The notes beneath the pieces are model-generated. The model was not told the DNA's origin, made no database searches, and saw only the letters and a program-made list of their open reading frames with translations. Of a stretch of 64,000 nt of DNA, positions 42,609 through 57,104 are shown in pieces. Every line of letters begins with the position of its first letter. The stretch's first letter is position 1. This DNA is from Octopus vulgaris (taxonomy: Eukaryota), in the NCBI GenBank assembly GCA_951406725.2, contig OX597821.1, positions 82,584,001 through 82,648,000 on the forward strand, read 5' to 3'. Made by a program: the position numbers and the translations under genes.

Positions 42609-43914
42609 TCTCAGCTCACAGAAAAAGCTTCTAGCAATTATATCATCACCATCATCATCATTGCTGTTATTAAGAAGCTCATTAAGTAAAGAAAAAATTA
42701 GTAACTATGATATTTGAAAAGCAAAAAGTGAATACTCTAGTCATTGCATGCATAATTCAATGAAAGAAAAAAAAGAGGAGATACACAGAAAAATAAATGA
42801 GTGGGAGGGATTAAAAAAAAAAACTGACAGGGAAAGAACAGAAGGAAGATTAAAACACACGCATAGATAGAATCAGAGGCAGCAAAAAAAATAAAGTTAA
42901 ATGAGGAAGAAAGACAGACAGACAAAAAATGAACTAAGATACAAAAAGGCAGAAAAAGAGAAATGGTAAATATAAATGGGTAAATAGAACAAAATATTAT
43001 GATAAATCTTCTGATTAATTTTCCAGGATTTTTGTTGTTTATTTTTAATTTTACTAGTTTTGGGGGGATATTTTTTTTGTTTACATTCAATGTTAGTATC
43101 TTTATATTTACATAATTTGTGAAGTCCATATTTGATTATGAATTGTTAGAACAAATATTTTCAGTCACATCTGAATATCTATTCTTTAGTATTTTAGTAG
43201 CTAGTTCCAACTGAAAAGTAGGCATGGATAATTTACAGCTAAGTGAACCAAGGTGCTTATCAAGTAAGGATCAAGAACTAAACTCATGAGAAAATGTATA
43301 AAGTCACCAGTTACTAGTAGAGCACAAGACACTAAAAACTTGCCATAAATTCAAAATGCTTTCTTTGCACAACTTAGTTCCTGTAGTTATGCATAACTTG
43401 ATAACCTATCCATAAGTTCATATATTATAGGTCAACATAACAAACACATACATAAATATATATATGTCTGTGTGTGTGTGTGTGAGTTAGAGGTTGGGAA
43501 ACCAATCAACTAAGGGATAGTATCTATCCAATATACTGCTGGTCGTGTGCCCAGTTATTCATACCCAAGTGCTGGTTATTGCGTGGCAACCACACAATTG
43601 AGTGTTATATATGGCCAGAGATACATATATACATATATATATATGTATGTATGTATGTATGTAATCTTAACTGCTAGCAAGGACACAGTATTTTATTTTG
43701 TAACCATAATATTAATAGCCATTGAGCATTGAAAGCAACCATATCTGGCCAAAATATTCTTGTTTTATGCTCAAACCAGCAAGATATGGCTTTTTACTAA
43801 GTCACCCTACGAAGTCGTTCTAAAAATAAACAATAACATCATCAAAATCTTGAAACTAGAAAATAATGTATGATTAATTCAAAACAATGTAAACGAATAA
43901 GTATTACATTTGAA

Positions 43915-44250
43915 GGCACATGGCTCAATGGTTAGAACGTTGGGACCACGATTATGAGGTAGTGAGTTCAATTGCCACACTGATTTGTGTGCTGTGTTCT
44001 TGAGCAAGACACTTCATTTCACGTTGCTCTGGTTTACTCTTCTGTACGAATGAGTTACAACATCACTGATACCAAGCTGTAACAGCCTCTGCCTTTCCCT
44101 TGGATAACATTGGTGGCATGGAGAGGGGAGGCTGATGTGTATGGGTGACTGCTGATCTTCCATAAACAATCATGCCCAAACTTATGCCTCGGAGGGTAAC
44201 TTTCTAGGTGCAATCCCATGGTCATCCATGACTAAAGTGGGTCCTTTACA
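43915..44250 (+). mobile_element. tRNA-derived SINE family D (relatives near 142-425 and 30820-30960)
   Basis: GGCACATGGCTCAATGGTTAGA...GAGTTCAATT head, then GTGTTCTTGAGCAAGACACTTCA shared among copies. Confidence 0.6.
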
Positions 44251-44670
44251 TTTGAGACAAAAATCTAAAGGGTTAACAGTTTTACAAGTCAATATTGTGT
44301 CTTGCTTTTGTGTTCTTAATTTTAAAGTTTATCTCTACAGATTTCCTGAATCTTTCCTTAATTTATATTATATACAGCTATATAAAAGACTTCAAATTTT
44401 CCAAAAAAATTAAGTAATATAAAATAAAGTAAAATACATTATTACATTTAAGATTTTATTTTGTCAACAACTTGAGAATACTTGTGCCACTACATTTAAG
44501 TGCTAAATGAAATATTCTTAAATGTAATGAATTAATTATTTTATTCCATTTCATTTCCTTGGAAAATTTGAAAACTTTCCAGCACTTTATAACTAAGGAA
44601 TAATTCTTTCATTTCTTCAGACTAACTTTATTTTTACAACCAATATATTGTTCTATACACATTTCAAGAC

Positions 44671-44716
<46 letters not shown>

Positions 44717-45748
44717 CATTATTCATGTTTTATGAATAAGCTCAAAGGTCAGCTTCCGTAATATATGCGATAAACTACTCTGATAAGACAAAATTATAAA
44801 GTTACACCTTTGTAAATCTCATTAAAAATAATTGCTCTTGCTTTACTATTCAAGCACTTTAGAAAGACTCAACCTCTGCTCTGTATTCCTCCAGTTAACA
44901 ACTTCAAGAGTGAACCAAGTAAAACAATGCATACTCCTTTACACCACAAATTATTTCTCCCTTCTGGCTCCATTACTTAGTAGTATATTTGTGTGTGTGT
45001 GTGTATGTGTGTGAGTAAACATACACCTATATACATATATATATATATGTTGCTATAGTGACTGAACTGAGATATATTAATGTATGAAAACTAAACAGGA
45101 TTAGTGTGATCAGAAAAATTTGTCCATATATGAATCCTTAGCATCAATAATCAATAACTAGCTGTAAAAGCACCATGCTATTAGAGAGAAGATCAGTGAT
45201 TCGTATATTCCATCACTGAATTCCTGGCAAAGACAATTCCATTCTGTAGTAATGTATTGCTACAGATGCCAGAAAGAGGTATAATTCATTGTAGAACAGA
45301 CAATCAAGAGCATTATTTACTTGCAATCCAGTCCAGTACTCAAATCTTCCATGAGGCTACTCAAAGGTGATCGCTACTTCTGAAAGTGTTACTATCAAAG
45401 ACAGGCCTTAAATAGCACCCTGTAAATTATCTTAAGAGCTATGGAAACAATCAAATTTTATATTACAAGCAATCCCAGAACAAAAATGTTCAATGGAATT
45501 CATTTCCCATTGGGTAACATTTTACATTTCTTTTTTTTTTTTTTTGTAAATACAGGAGTATTGCTTTCATTCAAACCATTTCATATGGATGTCAAGGATA
45601 TGCTTATGCATGTATTTGTGTGTGGTATTGGGGAGGGAGTTATCTATGTTCATACATTGATATTACCAGAAATGATAAAAAATACAATGTAGAATTAATA
45701 ATAATAATAATAATCAGTAGAGTGAAGCAATGTATTGTTTATACTTAC

Positions 45749-45819
45749 AGAAGCACAATTCCACAGCTGCTCAGATGAAGGACATTTGTAAAGTTTCAGC
45801 AGTCAGTATTTGCCGGCCT
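45749..45819 (-). other. Candidate non-coding 5' UTR exon of RAR
   Basis: ccctattttcag|AGGCCGG...GCTTCT|gtaagt; 71 nt of unique sequence with consensus splice sites; contains a short uORF (ATG TCC TTC ATC TGA). Confidence 0.4.
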
Positions 45820-45968
45820 CTGAAAATAGGGATACAACAGGAAATTAAATAAGGGAACTTGGGAGATGGCAGAGATGAAATTAGTTGACAGTTATTCCCA
45901 AAGGCAATGTTTCATTATTTTCTTAAAGAATTTGCTTATGCAAAATATAAAAAAAAAAAAAGACATTT

Positions 45969-46011
<43 letters not shown>

Positions 46012-46234
46012 ACATACACATACATGTGTGTGTGTGAATTCTAATTTAAGTAGACATCAAATATCAATGATATTTTTATCTTTCTTCTGATGGATCTTTT
46101 TTTTTTCAACGGAAAGGCCATAGTAAAATAGAATTCTTTAACTTGAACTCACATGAATGAGAGAGATAGAAAGAAACAGTTGTTTTGTTGCTGAAGGGGG
46201 AAAAAAATAGTTACAGTTGATTAGAGAGTATGGC

Positions 46235-46251
46235 AGGTAATGAAAAGTTCA
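46235..46251 (+). promoter_or_regulatory. DR5 RARE-like motif (one mismatch)
   Basis: AGGTAA tgaaa AGTTCA, about 420 bp upstream of the candidate 5' UTR exon. Confidence 0.2.
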
Positions 46252-47674
46252 GAAAGCAATTCTAAGCATTCCAATAGAGTGAGTAAAAGACTTTTAGATG
46301 TGGGCGGTTTTGATGCGGAATTCCTTAACTTCACCATAAGTTCAAATGGCAGTCCCAGCTTGAGGAATATGACAAGTCCAAGGGAGCAGATATTGATTTT
46401 GGGATTGGGAGGGGTGGGATGTAGTGAGCTGGTGTAGGGAGGCACAGAGCTTTGAAAGATACTTGGGTTTTCAATTAGAGGAAGAATATAATATCTATTT
46501 CCCTTTCACTTGCTTTTGTTTTGTTTCAAACTCAATAAGAACGATAATAATTTCTAATATAAACACAAATAATAATAATAATAATGATAATGATGATTTC
46601 TAACTTAGCACAGGCTTTGGAGGGGTTTTTTGCTTTTTTGTTTTCTCCCTCAAGAGATTCACTGTATCCCATAGCGGCTGAGGAATAAATAAGCTAAAGA
46701 GAGAAAAGAAGAAAGAAATAAACAATGAGTTAAATGATGTGGAGAGGAAAGAGATACATCTCTCTCTTACTGTGTCTGATTCCCTGTCTTTTACTCAGCT
46801 TCCTTTACCCAAATGCACTTTCTTCTGATGACTAATGACGAAGTAAACTGATCAGATACATTATTGCAATGCTAATTAGGTGCTGGGAATTATTCCTGAG
46901 CAAAGCATGTTCAGCACATTCCTCTGAGGTTTTAGAATATTACTTTGATTAAATTAAGAGAAATTTTGCTTGTATCAGATCGGCCATGAGGTTTTGTGGC
47001 TTAAACACTGAAAGAATCATACTGCACCAATTCCTCAAATAATAACCATTTTATGAATAAACAACAACTACAAATATTAAATTAATGGTGCATAGTTTAT
47101 TTGTTTATTTATTTTTACATTATTTGCTTCTTTTTTTTTATTAATGGTTTGTTTCTATTCCTGGAAACCTTTTTCCCCCCACATCAACAGCATTAATAGT
47201 TCTTTAACACATTACTGAGCATACCAATTCCCAGAGCCCTGTTCTTCTGTGATAGATTGGGAAAGAAAAAAAAATTGAAAATATAGAAGACAATTAATCT
47301 AGCAAAATTTTACACATTTTTCATGCACCAACAATTTATAAATTATTTTCTTGATAATATGGAATAAAACAAGGAAGAAATATATCATATACTAGAAACA
47401 AAATTCCAAAACACTGAACAACATTTAATAATCAGAGAAAAAAAGACCTTCTTCATTTAAATCATTCTACATATTTTCTTGAAAAGAATGAGTTGACTAG
47501 GTCTACAAATTATTCTCACATCACGTCCTGAATTCTGAAAGTTTTTGATAACAACCCACTTAAGACGATCCAAGGTTCTGTGTACCAGCCCACTTGAGAC
47601 AACCCATGGTTCTATGCAACCAACCTGTTCAAGACAGTCCAGGACTCGATGATGCCGGCTTCCTGTTAAGTTAA

Positions 47675-47896
47675 CTCTTTAGCATTCAGATTACCCTTTC
47701 AACTGTAATGCTTATTTACTCACACTATTTTGAATCGATTATGCATTATCTCATAGCTTTGAGATTTCGATGATGTGATTGTTTATTTTTAGAATGATAT
47801 TGCAGGGTAGATGTCAGGTGCCAGATCTGGCCAGTATGAACAATAAATCCAAGTAGAATATTTTGGCTGGATATGACCCGTTTAAACACTAAAGGA
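47675..47896. mobile_element. piggyBac-type MITE family 2 (copies near 1733-1938, 21800-21998, 41485-41880, 43725-43910, 53772-53978, 58395-58590, 62170-62390)
   Basis: TTAA|CTCTTTAGCATTCAGATTA...(ATG/ACA)CTAAAGG(G/A)|TTAA; shared core ATGCATTATCTC..AGCTTTGAGATTTC. Confidence 0.72.
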
Positions 47897-50800
47897 TTAA
47901 AACTATTTATCAAAACTTCATATTAATTTATATTCCAAATACCAGCTTAATAAGGACAAAGTTATTTTGCTTAATTCTTCATTTTCAAAATTAATTGAAA
48001 GAAAGGCAGCATATTTCAATAGAAATATGATAAAGTAACATCATACAGAGAGACATATATATATATATATATTTATATATATGGAATGTGCTGCCCGAAG
48101 GTGTAATACAAACTAGTAATGAATGATATATGAACCACAGAATCAGTTAATGGAAATGAGGAATCCTGGAAACTTGAGAGTTGTCCATTCAATCAGTATA
48201 ATCTTGTTTGCATTTTCATAAGTAGCTTGCTGCTGCCATTATCATTTGGTGCCTTGTGAGAGAACGGTAACTGAATCATGATGGAATATTAAAAAGCAAC
48301 AAACTCAATAATCCTAAGCTGTCGAAAAGGACTTCATGGAGCCTAACTTTACAGGAATAATAAATGTATATTGCTATGACTCTTAGTTGTTGTCATTATC
48401 ATCATCATCGTCGATCATTTTATGCCTGCTTTCCATGCTGTCATGGGTTGGATAATATTTCCCCATGGCCAGACCTGTTTTTCACAGCAGACTGGAAATG
48501 AGCCACATTGCTTGTATGACGGAGATACTAATTTACAATCATCACATGTCAAGACAAGACAACACACACACACACACACGGACTTCTTTCATTTGCCATC
48601 AGCCAAATCCACTAACAAGGCTTTGGTTTGCCTGAGGCTATAGTAGAAGACACTTGGTCAAAATACCATACAGTGGGACTGAATTGGAGACCTTATAAGG
48701 TGGCAAACTGGCAGAAACATTAGCACGCCAGGTGAAATGCTTAGCAGTATTTCGCCTGTCTTCACGTTCTGAGTTCAAATTTCGTCGAGGTTGACTTTGC
48801 CTTTCATCCATTTAGGGTTAATAAATTAAGTACCTGTTGTATACTGGAATCAATCTAATCAATTGCCAACTCTTACTGTTCATGTAGGAAATTTAACATC
48901 TAGTTTGAATAAATACATTGAATTTACATTCTGCCTTAAACCATCTCTAATTTTATAATACAAGACAACTCATTGCAAAGTCTTCAGAGTTAAATTAAAA
49001 CTAACAAACTTTAAGAACTTTTCCTTATTTCTTTTGTTAGTGTATTTATTTTGAGATGCTCTGTGTTTCTTTCAATTAATTTTAAATATAACAAAGAATT
49101 TAGTAAAATAATATAGCTATCATTAAGCTAGTGTTAGGAACATAAATTGTGACTAAGGTTTGGTGGAAGATTAATTCAAAACTTATGAAAACAAGACATT
49201 TGTACCACAGAGCCAGAGCCGGTTTCAGTCAGGTTGGTATTGAAAGGGTTAACATATATTCTTAACACTAGCTTAATAATTAAAATATTTTCAAAATTCA
49301 TTGCAGCACTTGTTTAATTATATTTCATGAGAAACATGATAATAAGGGATAATGCTTTACCAGCTGCCAATATGTAGAACTTTCAAGTAAAGTACATTTT
49401 TTTTTTATCTGAAAATAATATGAATTTATAATAAGGTTAAGCTATCAAAAGAACATAAATAACATGGGTAAAAATGCTTGGTTCACAATACTCCATTTGC
49501 TAATAACCAACTTAACAGTTGGATAAAATCTATATACTTTATTGCAAATTTAGGTAAAAGTAGTGACAAATTCTGCTCTGTATGTCAAAAGTGAAATTTA
49601 ATAGTAAGTGTGGCAAACACCTCTTCTGGCTCTCTGCATTCTGAGTTCAAATTTCAACAAGGTGAACTTTACCACTAATCTTTTTGGGGTTAATAAAATA
49701 AGTACAAAAGTTGTTCATTAGGGAGAGGGATCTCAATGCAATCAATTAACTATTATTGTTGCTATTAAAAGAGTGGTAGATTGGGAATTATTGGAGTGTC
49801 AGCAAAATGCTTTGCAGTATTTATTCCAGACCATTATGTTCCAAGTTCAAACCTGGCCAAGATCAGCATTGCCTTTCATCCTTCTGGGATCAATAAATAA
49901 AGTGCCAGTCAAGTACTGGAGGTCAATGGTTTCGACTAGCTACTTCACCTCAAAATTGCTAGCTTCGTGCCTAAGATAAAAGGCAATTATTATTATTATT
50001 AAGAAGGCAGCAAGCTGGCAGAATTCATTAGCTTAGCGGTATTTTGCCTGTCGCTACATTCGGAGTTCAAATTCCGCCGAGGTCGGCTTTGTCTTTCATC
50101 CTTTCAGGGTCGATAAATAATGTACCACTTGAACACCAGGGATGATGAGATCAACTCATCCCCTCCACCAAAATTGCTGCCCTTGTGACAAAATCTGAAA
50201 CCATTATCATTACTAAGGTGGCGAGCAGGCAGAACTGTTAGCATGCCAGACAAAATACTTAATAGCATTCTGTCCCTCTTTATGTTCTGTGTTCAAATTC
50301 TGCCAAAGTAGACCTTGCCTTTTCTCCTTCCATGGTCAATAAAACAAGTGCTAGTTGAGCACTGGGGTTAATGTTATTCATTGACTACCAAGTCCTCCAA
50401 AACTTCAGGCTTTGTGCCTATAGTAGAAAGGATTATTATTATCATTATTATTATTTGTTGATACAAATTACATCCAGATATCGTGTGTGCATGCATACAT
50501 GCAATGTGCATCACTATGTTGTTATCTGTCAACACAAATCACATTTGCATCTTTAAGCTGTAAGCTATATTCAGCACTCACACCACAAGTATCAGCTTTT
50601 GTATTGCTCTCCACCACCACCACCACTTCTATCGGCAGCAGCAGCAGCAATACCACAACCCTCACCAGACCAATCACCACAATCGCCCATCATCTCTATC
50701 AATTCCACTACCACCACAGTTATCCTCAGCACCACAATGACCAGCATGATGAGGAGGATGGCAATGACCACCATGACCACCATCACCTATCATCTAGCAG

Positions 50801-52890
50801 CCTACAGGAAGAACAAGAGATAAAGAGTATTTTAATCAGTGGACTGGAAGCATCATATGTGTTTGACCAACTCCAGCCACTGTTATAAGCACTGGTTGAT
50901 GGTCTGCAGGCCCTGAATCAATGACAAACCAAATAAACCCTACCTAACCTACCCCACACATACAGACACCTTAAAGCTGTACCTGTCTTCATCCACATAA
51001 CAAAAGTAAAAACAAGCAAAAAAATAAATAATAAAAAGGGCAATGTGGTTGATGTAAAGTAATTGATGTAAAATTAATTATGGATAGTTGTCATGGAGAC
51101 ACATGTTTATCTCCAGTAATTAGTTGAAATAGTCTCTAATGACCAGTTAGTCTTTACTACAGCATATTTCTTACAAGGCAGCTTTTTGTTATCTCAGCTA
51201 GAAAAATTGAGTCACTTCCACCCCTATCTCTCTCTTATACACACACACACACACACACAAGAACATACACATGCCTAGCAATTCCTAATCCTGGCTACAA
51301 CTACCAAACAGTACATGTAACATCCACCAGCTACTAAGCATACATGACACACACAAACATACACACCAGCAAGATATATATCAGATATATATCTGATATA
51401 TATATATATATACCATACACTAGAGATATATACACACAGCCACTACACACAATGACATCTAAAGAGTCTTGAGTGAATGTAACAAAACTATAGGAAGACT
51501 TTATTATGACTATTACGGCCTCAACCATTCAATTATTGACAAGATACAGGGACAACTGAAGGCTTGGTGGCTGATCATGTGACCACTTCATTCATATTAG
51601 CAAGGGCTTGCAGCCCCTGCTGCTACTGCCTCCACCACTACTACTATCAATGATAATGCCTACTTTAAATGCATTATGCTGTGTAGAAAAAGCAGTCTTT
51701 AATCTGTAATAATCTATTGTAATATCCCAGCACCAAGTCTATGGATTTTATTGATTAAAAAATCTGATGAAGAATACCAAGAAATACTTTAAATTTATTT
51801 TTCCTGAGACAATAGTTTTTATTCAGTTTTTTGGAGAGCTTTTATCCTCACTCAAACTCTATTCTTTTGTTTCTACATTTTTTTCCAGATGTTATGTATG
51901 AATGAAATAGTTCTTTCCAAGATGCTTAATCAATGAACTTAGCTATGAGAACACACATTTGTACAAATATAAACAAAATGGAAACAAAACTTAATCTTTT
52001 ATTTATTCCATTTGTAGCAACCTTCAATGAACTAATCTAACAATGTATTGTCAATTCTTGGTTGATAATGCCATGACTTTGAGAAAGGCATAGCTGTGTA
52101 ACATCAACCATTTTCCCATGCACCCCTCACAATACATTTTAACAGATAAACTGGTGAAATATCTCAACGTGGAAATATATTCTAAATGTTTGAAGTTACT
52201 TATAACTGTTTTATAAGTTGTTCCACAAATACTATTCATAATTAGTTGCTGGCATATTTCAACTAAGTTTGAAAATAATGAAGAATGTAGAAGAACATGA
52301 AACCTTATCATTAACTTCTATTAAACTGGAGTTTTGAACGCAGGGTTAATCAAAAGACCAGATGCAGTCTTATTGCAAGTTAATATTGAAACAGTTCACA
52401 AAGAAGTGGCAACTGATTGATAAGATAACAGAGAAGCAAATCTTGCAGTCAAAGGTAGTTGAAGTGACTGAGTGGACAAGATATTGAATGGGTTACATAC
52501 TTGCAGGAGTTCAAATCTCCTGTCGTTATTTCAGTCATTCCGGATATAGAACACTATATATTACATTCTATCAAATCATCTGAAAATAAGAACCGCATTC
52601 AGTCCAAGGGATGATTTGTCTCTCTTCCACTTCAATTATAAAGACAGAGCTAAGTAAAGATTCTTAAAAAGTAGCCTGCACAAACATTCATCATTATATA
52701 ATTTTACAAGATAATTAAGTGGTCTTTAGGTTATGTTCCAATCCTAATGCCTTGGGATGTGGAGTCAGTGTCAGTTAAAACTACCAAATAAGACTAATAT
52801 TATGAAATAAAATACGATGCTTTAAAATTTCCACTTTCAAGGATACTAATTTGAAAATAAATCAGATTTACTATGTTTAATGAATTTTAT

Positions 52891-53190
52891 GGGGCTGTGT
52901 GGTAAACCTGTTTCCCAGCCACATATGGGTCCAGGATCAGTCCCACTGCATAGCACCTTGGGTAGATGGAAACTGAAAGAAGCCTGTTGTGTATCGCCCC
53001 TTCCACTGCTTGACAACTGGTGTTGGTGTGTTAATGTCCCCATAACTTAGCAGTTCAGCAAAAAGAGGCCAATAGAATTAGTACCAGACTTAAAAAGAAA
53101 GAAATCCTGGGTTTGATTTGTTCGACTAAAAATTCAAAGCAGCACTCCAGCATGGCCACAGTCAAATGACTGAAACAAATAAAAGAAAAG
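52891..53190 (+). mobile_element. SINE family A (internally deleted)
   Basis: Head, core and GACTGAAACAAATAAAAGA tail present. Confidence 0.75.
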
Positions 53191-54014
53191 ATAATCCTTC
53201 ACAATATAGTCTTTATTTCATGTAACCTTTTGTGTTACATTCACTGCAATTTTTATCTCACCACAATGTGTGTGAATGTTTTATCCTTTACTTAGAAAAA
53301 GAAATATGGGTTAGTTTCAAAAAGGGCAAGCATGGAAAAATGGCCAAAAAAGAAGAAAGACAAAAATGAAATATATATAATCTATAGGTGTTATGTGAGA
53401 AATATGTTTAAACAAGAGTTTAATATTTAATTTCATGTGTGTGAAAATGATAAAATAAATATAATTTACAATAAAAATTTAGTTACTTTTTAATCAAAAT
53501 ATTAGCAACTTCACAACAAAATATTACAGTTTGTCTGCATTTAGCATCTCTGTCACTCATTCCCACTGTTATATTAGTTTCAGCTCAGTCAGTGTGACCG
53601 ACGTAATGTATAAGGTATTATACATATTTGACAATTAAAACTGAATTCAGATTGAAGAACATGTAAAAATACTTCATCAAAAAGGCTGTAACAGACACTG
53701 GAACAAAGCTGCATCTTTTGTGTAAAGTTATCAAAAAATACATTTCAAATGGCTCACTAGGGAATCACTTTAACAATTTAGCTTTCAAACCAGTAATATT
53801 TGGCCTAAACATTGTTTTATATTAAAGCTGTCAAAATCTGGTCTCTTACACCTACTCTACAATGTCGTTATAAGAACTTACAATCATATCATTGAAATCT
53901 CAAAGCAACAAGATAATGCTTATTTAATACAAAACAATGGGTATTACATTTGACAGAGTAATCTGAACGCTGCAGGGTTAAACAGTGTTTAATTAACAAA
54001 TTGAAAGAGTAAAA

Positions 54015-54372
54015 CGGCGAGCTGGCAGAAACGTTAGCACGCCCAGCAAAATGCTTAGCAGTATTTCGTCTGCCACTGCATTCTGAGTTTAAATTCCGCT
54101 GAGGTCGACTTCGCCTTTCATCCTTTCAGGATCGATTAAATAAATACCAGTTACCCACTGAGGTCGATATAATCGACTTAATCCGTTTGTCTGTCCTCTC
54201 TGTGGGTAGTAAAGAAATAGGTATTTTGTTCCAAGTTCAAATTCCACCAAGGTCGACTTTGCCTTTCATCCTTTTGGGGTTGATAGAATTAAGTACCAGT
54301 TGCATACTGAGTAGATCTAATTGACTGGCCCCCTCCCCAAAATTTTCGGGCCTTGTGCCTAGAGTAGAAAAG
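54015..54372 (+). mobile_element. SINE-like family B, tandem pair (other copies near 22445-22610, 23700-23830, 25980-26205, 31090-31280, 33795-34000, 39440-39610, 48700-48865, 49780-50430, 55970-56140)
   Basis: GGCGAGCTGGCAGAAACGTTAGCACGCC...GAGTTCAAATTCCGCCGAGGTCGACTTTGCCTTTCATCCTTTCGGGGTCGATAAA..AAGTACCAG consensus. The central part resembles the Meta/Sauria-SINE domain (from memory, unverified). Confidence 0.75.
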
Positions 54373-54475
54373 AATACATTGAAGAAATTAAAAGCAAAGT
54401 AAAAAGAAAAAGGACCAAGAACTTATCTGTTATGAGTAATTGAACTTGTTACTGTTGTTACTATATCTTTATATA

Positions 54476-54859
54476 GGTGCAGGCATGGTTGTGGGGTAGG
54501 TTTGCTTCCCAACTACATGGCTCTAGGTTCAGTCCCACAGCATAGCACTTCGGACTGGTGGTTTCTATTATAGCCTTGGGATGATCAAAGCCTTGTGAGT
54601 GGATTTGGTAGACAGAAACTAAAAGCACATTGTGTGTGTGTATGTGTGCACACGTGTGTATCACCCACCACTGTTTGACAACTAGTGTTGGTGTGGTTAT
54701 GTCCCCATAACTTAGCAGTTTGACGAAAGTAACCAATAGAATAAGTACCAGGCTTTAAAAAAATATTCTGGGGTCAATTCATTCAACTAAAAATTCTTCA
54801 ATGTGATGCCCCAGAATGACCACAGTCTAATGACTGAAACAAGTAAAAGATAAAAGATA
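54476..54859 (+). mobile_element. SINE family A
   Basis: Head, core and GACTGAAACAAGTAAAAGATAAAAGA tail. Confidence 0.8.
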
Positions 54860-55597
54860 CCTGTGAAGAGAAATCAAATACCAGTGACACAGAATTTGTT
54901 ACTCCAACTCCCCAATTTATGGTACCACTGACTCTTGACTTATTTTATTGTACCAGCAACTCAGGCTTTTCAGTTTGTAATTATAACTAATCATATATAA
55001 AACATACATGACCAATGTAAACCAGCAAGTTACTTTTTAGCACTCTGAGATTAGATTTACTTCAGTAATATCGCTCATCTTTGAGTTTGGTTTGAGCAAG
55101 GAAATGCTGGCCTTTGCAGGATTTGAACTCAGAACATAAAGAGTTAGAAGAAATACTACACTCAGCAATTCAGCTAAGCTGCAGTAATAAATAACACCAA
55201 CAACAAGAACTGTTTCTAATTTTGGTACAAGGCCAGCAATTTTTATGAGGGTGAGGAAGTAGTCAATACCATCAGAAAAGCAAAATTAAACTCATTGAGA
55301 TTTTAACTTTATATATTCTGAATTCAAATCCTGCCACAGACAATTTTCCTTTTACCCTTCCAGAACTGATAAAATGAAGTACCAGTTTAGTACTGGGGTC
55401 AAAGCTATCTACAAAACCTTCCGTCAAAACTGCAGGGTTTGTACCTAAATTAGAAACAACAACAATTCTTTATAATTTTGGCACAAGGCCAGCTATTTTG
55501 AGGGCAGGGCATAAAACAATACCATCAAAATCAACCCCAGCGCTTGATTATTTTATGGACCCCAAATGGATGAAAGACAAAGTTGACTACAACTGGA

Positions 55598-55800
55598 TTT
55601 ATTATTATTATTTTACATATTCACAACAGATAGAACTGTTGGGAAAGAAGAATTCCTAACATTAGGCTACAATAAATGACTTTAGATGCCAAGAACCTTC
55701 ATAAGAATCCTCGCTGTCCTTAATAATACTGTTTTCTGGAGCTGCACTAAACAAAGTTTTATGCCTATTTCCTCTGTCCATCTGTTCAAATCTTTAGGGA
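55598..55800 (-). mobile_element. Possible R4/Dong-clade non-LTR 3' remnant next to (TAA)n
   Basis: LQKTVLLRTARILMKVLGI* resembles the C-terminal LQKAVLLGTARILRKVL motif of restriction-like-endonuclease LINEs. Confidence 0.45.
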
Positions 55801-57104
55801 TATCATCATCATCGCTGTTGCCACCACTACTACCACCACCATCATTAATCCCATCAAGGGCTGGGAAAATACTAAGGACAATATAATAAATTACCTCCTC
55901 CACTGAAGTTCAGGCACAGTGGCTATATCAGAAACAATCATTTTTATTATTGGGTCAGAGAATTAGCAGAATCAGACAAAATACCAGTTCTTAACATCCT
56001 GAGTTCAAATCCTACCAAGGTCAACTTTGCCTTTTGATCTCTCTAAGGTCAATAAAAATTAAGCACCAGTCAAGTATTGGAATGGTTTTAATCAACTCCC
56101 TTTAAAACTACTGGCCTTGTGGCTAAATTGGAAACAATTATTATAGTTATCACTGATTGTTAGTGTATTCAGACATGCGACAATCACTGAATTTCAAACA
56201 TGCAATGATCCATCAACCATCTTAGCTGTCAGTAGTAGTTTGACAGGAAAATTAGTAGATTCTTGGAACGACTGAGATCAGGAAGGTGTTGAAAAGTTGA
56301 AGAAACAACAGAAGCAATTTACTCTGGTTTGAAGAAATCACAAGGAAATGATGCTGTTGGAATTTGAGCTGTCAAGATAATACAATGTTGCAAGTGCTAA
56401 TTGCATATTAAAATATTGTTCATGACTTTAGCCATACAAAGTTAGCCGCATTCAATCAATAATTTCTAATGATAAACAGAAAAGGTTGAGACTTGCTGAC
56501 ATGTTATTAATAAATCTCTGCATATTGCCAAATAGAGTAATGATGTCAACCATCATAACAATGTGTAACTTAGACCTGCTTGTAACTGTTAGTAACCCAG
56601 GTCGCAGATCATGAAAACAATAAATTACTAAGGAAAAATTATAGCCATTTCTCAGAGAAATAATAAAAGAGCCTGATTCTACAATGGGATATTTTATATG
56701 AGGAATCATCACATCATGAACAATGTGTTAGAGCTTGTTTCATTATTTATTTTTTCTATTTGGTGTATTCCTTTTTGTTTTGTACATGGATTGTTCATTC
56801 TTTTGATGAATGGGGTAGTTGATTTGTCAAAACAAATGTTTTTAGCTTAGGACGCTCATCCTACTTGCAAATTATTGCACTATAAAGTAGGGGGTGGTAT
56901 TTGTCTTTTTATTCAGTCAAGCAAACTTAGATCTTCCTACATCTTCTGGGTTGTGCCCATGAGTATGACACCTATCCATGCTCTAAATTTAAAACCATAT
57001 TATCAGTATTCAAACACTTGAACATCTTGTCATTTACACACTTTGAACATTTGACAAGGAAATTACATTCAACTATGTTTGCAGTTTCTGGTAATTCTGT
57101 TAAG

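Noticed and set aside
50487-50888. His/Thr/Ser-rich ORFs as additional RAR exons
   Set aside because: Degenerate trinucleotide repeats, mostly on the wrong strand, with no convincing splice pair found.
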